Source of the DNA: a virus
IMG/VR virus record: IMGVR_UViG_3300050821_018050
Span: 1 to 64,000 of that record
Strand: one strand, 5' to 3'
Length of the DNA stretch: 64,000 nucleotides
Under the pieces are notes generated by a model. It was not told the origin of the DNA. It saw nothing but the letters and a program-made list of their open reading frames with translations, and searched no databases. This document shows, piece by piece, positions 56,726 to 64,000 of this stretch; position 1 is the stretch's first letter, and every line of letters begins with the position of its first letter. The translations under genes and the position numbers were made by a program.

Positions 56726-57240
56726 TGTCCAATATTGACTATTTCCGAGCACTGCAAATCCTCGCATTAAATGCTGTGGAAAATCAGGACGGCGATTCTT
56801 TTTACAGAAAGGTCGCTCGATGGTATTCTCGTGAATTTGCCACTCCTCTTGCTGAAGTTGATTTAATTCCAGAAACTACACTATTTCAAACGTTTTACGA
56901 AGATACATTTGATTCTATGTACCATGGGGATGAAGAGCAAAAGAAACAATATGAAATTTATCGGGCAGATATTATTTCCGGTAAGGCTAATAGTCAAGAT
57001 GAAGAAGATGAAAAGTGGGCACAAGAGGAAATAGCCAAACTAAAGGCCGCTGAAAGACCAAAGAAAGATATTAGTCAAATCATTGATAATACAGCGAAAC
57101 ATGTTAGTGATATGGTAAATAAGGCTAAATTAGACAGACAAAAAGGACCGTCAGTAGACCCTAATATTTCAAAAGAAGGCGAGATAAATCTTGATGGCAT
57201 TCGTCTTCTCGGAGAAGATCCTTCAATTCCATCGAATTAA
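56725..57240 (+). CDS. Second tail chaperone-like protein
   Basis: R.V.RWYS..F..P, TAATG overlap, directly before tape measure. Confidence 0.55.
   Translation: MSNIDYFRALQILALNAVENQDGDSFYRKVARWYSREFATPLAEVDLIPETTLFQTFYEDTFDSMYHGDEEQKKQYEIYRADIISGKANSQDEEDEKWAQEEIAKLKAAERPKKDISQIIDNTAKHVSDMVNKAKLDRQKGPSVDPNISKEGEINLDGIRLLGEDPSIPSN
57160..57169 (+). promoter_or_regulatory. Putative late promoter element CCTAATATTT (intragenic)
   Basis: About 90 nt upstream of the tape-measure gene. Confidence 0.55.
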
Positions 57241-57257
57241 GATAAGTATTTGTAATC

Positions 57258-59519
57258 ATGGCAAAAATTGAGTTTAGTGCAAATTTCCGCGATGCCGAGC
57301 TAGTTGCTTCTGCAATTAAAAACCTTCAAAAGGAATTGATTGCACTCGGTAATGTTGGAGCTGGAGCTGGTAAGCAAGTTAATACTGCTTTTAAATCACT
57401 TGGCGAATCCATTGCCAAAATCCAAGAAATATCTCGCGGTGCCGGATCTATCAAGGAATTGACTAATCAGGTAGACCAATTAGCTAAAATGGGAACAAGC
57501 GTACAAGCTTTTGCCAGATCGTTCGATTCAATTGGTAAATCTATTAATTCTGCCATCGGCGATGCTCAAGTAGGAGCATTCAAGAATTTAAAAAATGCTA
57601 TCGTTGATATTAAAAAAGAGATGGATGGCTACAAAGATAAGATCCAAGAGATTAACTATAATCTTCCAATCATTGAAGCTCGTCATGGTAGAGATTCTGC
57701 CGAATACAAAGCCGCACAAGCAGATCGTAAAGGAACTGCCGTAGCCTATTCAGAACTAGATCGACAAAAAAAACAAGCTGAATGGTCTGAAACGATGAAC
57801 CGTCCATTGGGTAGCCCTGAATCATTTTTCGGAAGAATGACCCCCAATAAAATTTTAGACTCTGCAAAAAATGTAGCAGCTGGATTGTATGTAGGCGGAG
57901 AAACATCTTTTGAATTAGGCACTATGTCGATGCGTTCGAGCATTCAACAAAGACGATTAAGAATGCAAGTTGGAGATGAAGCTAATGCCGGTGACCCTAC
58001 TTTGGCTATCTTAAGGGCCAACGGCGTCGGATTAGAAAATGGCGCTATGAGCTTTTCTAAAGGCGGCTCGTATGCTAGTGAATACGGAAAAGAAGCCTTA
58101 AAATATGCGGGTATTATAGGAGCAGGGTTACTTAATCCGCTTCTAGGAGTCGCAGCATTTGGCGGAGTAGCCACCAATGGTGGATTCCGTGGAATTGGTG
58201 AAATTAATGCAGCGGCCCAAGGTCGTGTTCGTAATATGGACAAAGACTATTATGAAAAATCATTCGCCCCCGCTTATCAGTCTTACAATGCGAATTTCGC
58301 AGCTTTTGAAGATCAGTACAGAATGTATGGAGATACAGACGTAAATTTAAATACTGCAGGTTTTATGCGTCAAGGAATGAGCCGTGAACGTTTGTCCCCA
58401 GCTCTAAACGCTGTGACTGGATATGGTGGCAGAGCTAACCCAGGAAACGCTTCTGATATTGATATGCTAGATGCGCAACGTAGATATGGCGTCACAGCTC
58501 AAGGGCAGGCACAATTAGCTCGTATGTCGAGATACAATACCTCTACTCCCATAATGGGGAATTATCGTTCGTTCATGAATAGTACTGGAGTAGGCGGAGA
58601 TATTGCCGCTCGTCGTATTGTGAGCGATCAAGCATTTGAAATGGCCGAATCTCTTGGACCAACTAATGCAAATATCGGAGGTAATACTTTATCTGCAGCC
58701 ACTAATGCTGCTGGCGCGACTGGAATGTATAATTCAGCAGCAGGCGGTATTAATGTTGAAGGAGCCCAAGCTGCGGTTACGGCAACCCAAACAGTGTCTG
58801 CTCAGATGAAAAATCCTTCGAATATAATGAATGCCATGTATACTCAGAAGTTAATTACTTTGGGTGTAAGTGATATTCGTACCATTCAAATGATCAATAG
58901 TGAAATGGCTGATGGTGGTGGTATTACTGATCGTGCTGTTAATATTATTGCAGGTATTCGTAAAGCTAAAGGATTACCCGCAATGTCTCCTGCAGATATT
59001 AAATCATCGTTAGGCGGAGTGGGCACAGCAATCAATACTCAGCGTAAAAATTTACTCATGAACTCTGTGGATGCTAAAGTGGCAGCTGAAAATGGATTAA
59101 ACCAAGGTGGTTTTATGATGACCGGAACCACTAAGGGTGCTGCCGGTGGTTTTTTTGATATGGTCCAGGCTGCAACTGGTGGCATGAATGCCGCTGCGCC
59201 TGCTGGCCCAACAGTTGGACCTTACCATCCAGGTGAAGGGGGTGGCGCTAATTATCAAGCAAGAGGAGCTGACGTTGCAGAAGCTGGTAAGGCAAAAACA
59301 GAAGCTCTTAAATTAGAATCTTTCGAAAATTTAAATGATAACATGCAAAAAACCGTACATCAAACCGTTTATTCTGCCATAGCAGATGCACTCATTGATA
59401 GCGGCAATGAAATCAAACAAAAAGTTAAAGAAGCTATTGATGAATCGGCCCCAAAAAGCCCGGTCCAGTCTGGTAAAGTTTTTAATGGAACTGGTAATGG
59501 AATTAACGGTAAAATTTAA
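57258..59519 (+). CDS. Tape-measure-like protein
   Basis: 753 aa, helical A/G-rich, hydrophobic segment, position after chaperones. Confidence 0.65.
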   Translation: MAKIEFSANFRDAELVASAIKNLQKELIALGNVGAGAGKQVNTAFKSLGESIAKIQEISRGAGSIKELTNQVDQLAKMGTSVQAFARSFDSIGKSINSAIGDAQVGAFKNLKNAIVDIKKEMDGYKDKIQEINYNLPIIEARHGRDSAEYKAAQADRKGTAVAYSELDRQKKQAEWSETMNRPLGSPESFFGRMTPNKILDSAKNVAAGLYVGGETSFELGTMSMRSSIQQRRLRMQVGDEANAGDPTLAILRANGVGLENGAMSFSKGGSYASEYGKEALKYAGIIGAGLLNPLLGVAAFGGVATNGGFRGIGEINAAAQGRVRNMDKDYYEKSFAPAYQSYNANFAAFEDQYRMYGDTDVNLNTAGFMRQGMSRERLSPALNAVTGYGGRANPGNASDIDMLDAQRRYGVTAQGQAQLARMSRYNTSTPIMGNYRSFMNSTGVGGDIAARRIVSDQAFEMAESLGPTNANIGGNTLSAATNAAGATGMYNSAAGGINVEGAQAAVTATQTVSAQMKNPSNIMNAMYTQKLITLGVSDIRTIQMINSEMADGGGITDRAVNIIAGIRKAKGLPAMSPADIKSSLGGVGTAINTQRKNLLMNSVDAKVAAENGLNQGGFMMTGTTKGAAGGFFDMVQAATGGMNAAAPAGPTVGPYHPGEGGGANYQARGADVAEAGKAKTEALKLESFENLNDNMQKTVHQTVYSAIADALIDSGNEIKQKVKEAIDESAPKSPVQSGKVFNGTGNGINGKI

Positions 59520-61564
59520 TGCAACATCCAAGAATTAATATTATTGCAAATGGCGAAACGGTAAATGGTTACACAAAACATGATAGAAATGTCGGGTGGA
59601 CAATTGCCTTTATTAGATTTGCCGAACCGGCATCTGCCTATGCCGCACGCACCGATTTGAATAAAACATTAAAAATGTTAATTGTTGAAAACGATTGCGT
59701 TAATGTTCAGATCACTAATAGTAAAACAAGTTTTGCCAAAACCTGTTCTTTGACCATGAAAGTCACTGATGATTGGTATGCATCAAATGTAAATCCAGGA
59801 GATTGGGTATTTGTTTGGTTAAATAATTCTCAAGATCAAAATAATCAATTACAGAACGCCATCGCATCTCAAAATTTTTCTAATCAGTCCCTTATTAATG
59901 GGTGGACATCCGGCTTAAAGTTTTGTGGTCGAGTACTTAATCTTGGTGCTGTTGACTCAATTACCGTGAATGGAATGAGAACTTTGGCCCAAACCGTCAA
60001 TTGCCAAGCTTTCTTGGAATTAGCGACTTCTATTTATTATACTTATATTAGTCAATCCGTTATTAATCCAGCAGCCGGAACTCCGTCTGGGATTTTAGCG
60101 CCAGGATTTAATCCAGATATCATTTCAAGGACTGCGGCAGTGGAAACTTCGCTTAAAGCGGCAAATTATATGACCTCATTTGCTGATAAATTTATTAGCT
60201 TATATTCATCTGGTACCGCTTCATGGACCCCCGATTCCGTAGTAGGATATTTATTTGCTCTTACTATGGGAGTAGATAGGATGCATAATCCAGCCAACGC
60301 TTTCCTTACAAATGGCATTAATGGAACATTCAATGATGCCATCACTATTCCAAAAGATGTAGATAATCTTTTGGGTGCTCGGGGAGCTACGCGACTCTGC
60401 CAAGCTTACCAAGTTATTTTGGGAATACAAAAATACAAAAATTACAATGGTAGTCAAGCGTCATTATTAGCTCCAGCTTTTAACGATACACCGACCAATA
60501 GTTCAATCATATTACAAACACCCGCAAGGTGTAAAGGCTTTGTTCCATTCTATCCTCCTCAATGGGACAACACGCCTATTTGGTCCATTCTAAATCAATA
60601 TACAAATCCTGTAGTGAATGAAATGTACACAGCGCTTCGTATGAATAGTAATGGAATGATTCAGCCAACTTTAATAGTAAGAGAAAAACCACTTAGCACT
60701 GGTCTTTACGCTGCATTAACTAATCCACAATTGAACCAAGGAGCTATCGATAGACTGCCTGCAAAAGTTAAAAATCAAGTCCAACCTAATGCGACGCCTA
60801 TAGCGAAATCTTCAGCCGATTTTAAAACAAAATCTTCAGCCGCAGATCCTCATGGATACGGCCCTCAGTCAACAGAAAGAACTTTTTTTGGGGAATTGCC
60901 ACGTTGGGTAATTGATGAATCAATGATTCAATCCGTTAACACCACCACTTCTGAATCTTCCAGGATCAATTTTGTTCAAGTATGGGGCAGATCAGCCGGT
61001 GTTGAATATTTAGGAATTAATGAACAAGCTTCACAAGGAACTATGCTTGGCCAAATGGCGATGGGAAATTATTTTGCAGATACTGCCGATATTTCTCGCC
61101 ATGGGTTACGAGCATATATCGAAACATCTCCATTTGATGTATCAGTTAATCAAAATGGGTCAGAAGCTCCTCAATGGGCAAGAATGCGTGCCGACTGGAT
61201 GTTTAATGGACATCTTAAACTTGAAGGATCTATTTCTTGCATTGGAATTCAAGAACCTATTTGTGAAGGTGACAATATTGAGGTACGTGGGATAGTTTAC
61301 CATATTGATAGTGTTGGCCACTCCGCAGGTATTTCTCCGAATGGGCAAAAAACTTTTAGTACAGTGTTGCAAGTATCAAATGGAATGTTGGCTGATGGAT
61401 TAGATGATAAAAATCCACCAAAATATATGTGCCATTTACCGAAAGGTCGTGCCGGTCATCCTGGTCCTGGCTATACAGAAGTACAAACTCGTGATAGTTC
61501 TAGTAAGAAACGTAATTCCCAAGGAGATTTACAAGGCTCTGATGAGGATTCTCAAGATGAATAG
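59519..61564 (+). CDS. Baseplate hub-like protein
   Basis: PGDWVFVW, NEMYT.L, LIVREKP, RHGLR, G...I..GD, YHIDSV.H. Confidence 0.65.
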   Translation: MQHPRINIIANGETVNGYTKHDRNVGWTIAFIRFAEPASAYAARTDLNKTLKMLIVENDCVNVQITNSKTSFAKTCSLTMKVTDDWYASNVNPGDWVFVWLNNSQDQNNQLQNAIASQNFSNQSLINGWTSGLKFCGRVLNLGAVDSITVNGMRTLAQTVNCQAFLELATSIYYTYISQSVINPAAGTPSGILAPGFNPDIISRTAAVETSLKAANYMTSFADKFISLYSSGTASWTPDSVVGYLFALTMGVDRMHNPANAFLTNGINGTFNDAITIPKDVDNLLGARGATRLCQAYQVILGIQKYKNYNGSQASLLAPAFNDTPTNSSIILQTPARCKGFVPFYPPQWDNTPIWSILNQYTNPVVNEMYTALRMNSNGMIQPTLIVREKPLSTGLYAALTNPQLNQGAIDRLPAKVKNQVQPNATPIAKSSADFKTKSSAADPHGYGPQSTERTFFGELPRWVIDESMIQSVNTTTSESSRINFVQVWGRSAGVEYLGINEQASQGTMLGQMAMGNYFADTADISRHGLRAYIETSPFDVSVNQNGSEAPQWARMRADWMFNGHLKLEGSISCIGIQEPICEGDNIEVRGIVYHIDSVGHSAGISPNGQKTFSTVLQVSNGMLADGLDDKNPPKYMCHLPKGRAGHPGPGYTEVQTRDSSSKKRNSQGDLQGSDEDSQDE

Positions 61565-62489
61565 TTTTAATCAACTGTACCTTGGCGTTATCCAAGAAGT
61601 ATATTCTCCGGGTGATCCGTTGAATGCTTCTAAATATCAATACGAATATCGTGTTTTGATATCAGGTGACGGCAATGCGCAAATACCATGCAAATGCATA
61701 AGAATGGATCCATATGGTTCATATCATAATTACCAAGACGCCGTACTCTCTAAAGGCTATCGCGTATTTGTACAGTTTCCCAGAGGTGATCGTTCTATGG
61801 GAGTCATCATGGGCGGCTCAAGATTCCGGCAGGAAGTACAAGACCCCAAAGCAGGAATTATCTATGAGCATAGATTCAACGAAGTGGTCAATACCGTCGA
61901 CTTCACAGGGGCCTGGACTACTCGCACCACTTCCGGGACATTTCTAAAAGTAGAAAAAAATAAAGTCACAATTTCAGATACTCTTATTCAACAACCTGGT
62001 TACCAAAATACAAATTTTCAGGCTCAGAACAATGCAGCTTCTCCAGTTACTACCGATCCTTTTGATGGTGAATTTATTATTTTGGATAAAGCTGCAGGAC
62101 AGCTTTGGATCAACACTAATCAGTTTAAAGTCGTAGTAAATAAAAATGCTGATATACATGTTCGTGCGGACTCCAATGTTGTTCTTGATGGGGCTGCGAC
62201 TATTACCGTTGGTAAAGATGCCAATGTAACCGTTAATGGAAACGCTAATGTAAACGTGGCTAAAGACTTACAAGCAAATGTAACTGGTGAATTAAAAGCA
62301 ACAGTTGGAAAAGATGCCACGATCACCTCATCTGGCTCAGTGAAAGTTAGCGCCAAAGACATATCGCTGCAGGCGCAAGGTGCTAGTTTCCCTTTAGCCG
62401 CATTATTAACAACTACTTCAGATCCCATAATCGACTATATTACAGGAATTCCCACCCAAGGCACACCAACTATTAAAGCAGGCGAATAA
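61557..62489 (+). CDS. Baseplate central spike (gpV/gp5-like)
   Basis: N-terminal OB-like domain (LG.I..VY, G.RV.V.F..GD...GVI.GG) plus V.G/V.KD beta-helix repeats; ATG 61557 with SD GAGG. Confidence 0.75.
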   Translation: MNSFNQLYLGVIQEVYSPGDPLNASKYQYEYRVLISGDGNAQIPCKCIRMDPYGSYHNYQDAVLSKGYRVFVQFPRGDRSMGVIMGGSRFRQEVQDPKAGIIYEHRFNEVVNTVDFTGAWTTRTTSGTFLKVEKNKVTISDTLIQQPGYQNTNFQAQNNAASPVTTDPFDGEFIILDKAAGQLWINTNQFKVVVNKNADIHVRADSNVVLDGAATITVGKDANVTVNGNANVNVAKDLQANVTGELKATVGKDATITSSGSVKVSAKDISLQAQGASFPLAALLTTTSDPIIDYITGIPTQGTPTIKAGE

Positions 62490-63229
62490 TGGCTGTTCAA
62501 CCGTCAGTACTCACACAATTATTCACGACAAAAGCCCACACATATATTTTGGCAGCGGATAATGCTCGTGTTCCGGGCAGAGCAAATTACAATGGCCCGC
62601 TCGCTCAACCCAATCCCCAATATTTTATGAAGTACGCTCAAGGCGTGGCAACTGGTATCGCAATAGGAACTCCTTCAGTAAATTTCATAACAGCTGATAC
62701 TGGAGTTATGGGAGCCCCACCAATTCCAGGCGCTGGTGCAGGAATCGGGATAATCGTCGATGCATTATATTTTGAAAAAACTTGTTATTCGTTAATTCAG
62801 CAAGCTTTACAGGCAAAATATAATGGTACGTCAGTTATTGAGCCATACGCTTCATTAACGCCCACGAGCAATGGAGTTTATTTGAAGGCTATTTGCCAAG
62901 CTCTTGGTGAAGCTATCAAAGAGCATTACGCAACTTGCTGGACATTAACTTCAGTTCACCCATTAATTTATATTGGAACAGGTCTTATAGTCGATGGCGC
63001 ATTTTCTGGAATCCAACAAAACCTAGTCTCTTCTTCAATAATGGGCCAATTATCTGGTTTTAATGGAGATTTTTTGCAAACCATGATAGATCAAATCGCC
63101 TTAGCTTATAAAATGACAATAGAAAAAATGTCCACCGGTCAAGTAGCCATCGTAGGAGTATGTGTTCCAAGTCCTGGACAAATATGCGGTATTGGATCTG
63201 TTGGAGCTGGTACCGGCGTAGCTACATAA
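62489..63229 (+). CDS. Probable baseplate structural protein
   Basis: 246 aa, coupled to the spike gene. Confidence 0.55.
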   Translation: MAVQPSVLTQLFTTKAHTYILAADNARVPGRANYNGPLAQPNPQYFMKYAQGVATGIAIGTPSVNFITADTGVMGAPPIPGAGAGIGIIVDALYFEKTCYSLIQQALQAKYNGTSVIEPYASLTPTSNGVYLKAICQALGEAIKEHYATCWTLTSVHPLIYIGTGLIVDGAFSGIQQNLVSSSIMGQLSGFNGDFLQTMIDQIALAYKMTIEKMSTGQVAIVGVCVPSPGQICGIGSVGAGTGVAT

Positions 63230-63264
63230 ACCTCCACTAGTTTGTGGAACCTCTTATACAACCC

Positions 63265-63274
63265 CCTAATATTT
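63265..63274 (+). promoter_or_regulatory. Putative late promoter element CCTAATATTT
   Basis: Recurrent intergenic motif. Confidence 0.75.
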
Positions 63275-63284
63275 AAGGTATCCC

Positions 63285-64000
63285 ATGGCAACTAATTCCC
63301 CTCTTACTAATGGTGCATTAAATTTTGATGCAGAGTCGCAACAAGCGCAATCCTCTATTGATCAACTTAGTTCCGATCTAAAGGATTACTCACATCCCCC
63401 CACTGCAACTCCGGCCAAAACCTATAGATATCAAAACTCTATATTTGATCCAGCTGTTGACTTGGTAACCCTTTCCTCTGCCAATTTCAACGAATTATTT
63501 GATGAATTAGATTTTACCAGACAATATGGGTACACTTTTTGTATTTATTCAAGTGACAATAAATTCCAAAAGGTAGCCTATTCCTTTCCATTGCCACCAC
63601 AAAGTATTTCCATTAGTGTGCCCGCAGCTGTTAGCGGTACCGTTACTATGAAAGGATACGTAGAAGACCACAATGGTGCTCCTATTCGTAGAATTAGTTT
63701 ACGTGGAACTACCGGTATTTACCAAGAAGTCAGCGCTCAAGATCCTGGCAGTACTGGACCAAATTCATTGCTCAGCTCTCTTTTAAAAAATACATTCCAG
63801 TCTGCTGTACGTGTAGCTAACCAAGCCACTGCTTTAGCTGGTACAGTTTCATCAATTTTCAGTGGATCTAGCCCGCTTTCTGCCCGTATTAATTGGAATA
63901 ATTCCGATGTATCTAGTAGAAAACTTCTTACTGGATACGAAGCTGCGCATACTTTGTACCGTTTTTTAGATGGTTATCTTGCGATGAAGAAACAAACAGC
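63285..64000 (+). CDS. Baseplate/tube-initiator-like protein, truncated by the window end
   Basis: MATNSPL...FPLPPQSISI..P.A...TVTMKG..E.HNG...R.ISL.GTTG. Confidence 0.6.
   Translation, partial: MATNSPLTNGALNFDAESQQAQSSIDQLSSDLKDYSHPPTATPAKTYRYQNSIFDPAVDLVTLSSANFNELFDELDFTRQYGYTFCIYSSDNKFQKVAYSFPLPPQSISISVPAAVSGTVTMKGYVEDHNGAPIRRISLRGTTGIYQEVSAQDPGSTGPNSLLSSLLKNTFQSAVRVANQATALAGTVSSIFSGSSPLSARINWNNSDVSSRKLLTGYEAAHTLYRFLDGYLAMKKQT

Noticed and set aside
1-64000. Stop-codon reassignment
   Set aside because: Code 11 gives dense, full-length genes, and TAG, TGA and TAA all end genes at sensible boundaries

Overview
A 64-kb segment of a large AT-rich, contractile-tailed (myovirus-type) phage genome covering the virion morphogenesis region. 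Gene order is terminase, portal, MuF-like protein, prohead protease, scaffold, Herelleviridae (SPO1/A511/K)-like major capsid protein, neck proteins, sheath, tube, chaperones, tape measure and baseplate. Clusters of small sigma70-promoter genes (many apparently leaderless) and free-standing homing endonucleases are interleaved. Late genes are preceded by a recurrent CCTAATATT element. The most striking signal is a [LMIV]-x-K|[S/T/A/G]-(E) motif. It matches the inferred capsid-maturation cleavage site and recurs in about a dozen head-associated ORFs, often at domain boundaries of multi-enzyme proteins: 2H phosphoesterase, two ADP-ribosyltransferase-like domains, VTC domain, lysozyme-like domain, kinase-like domain and degenerate mCpol. 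This suggests protease-released 'cargo polyproteins' packaged in the head. Other oddities are an early gene with its own promoter nested out of frame inside a polyprotein linker, a copy of the capsid N-terminal arm inside the protease, a non-canonical tRNA-like RNA with a 9-nt anticodon loop, and a family of small proteins sharing an N-terminal LExRI helix. All domain calls come from motif recognition by eye; no searches were run.
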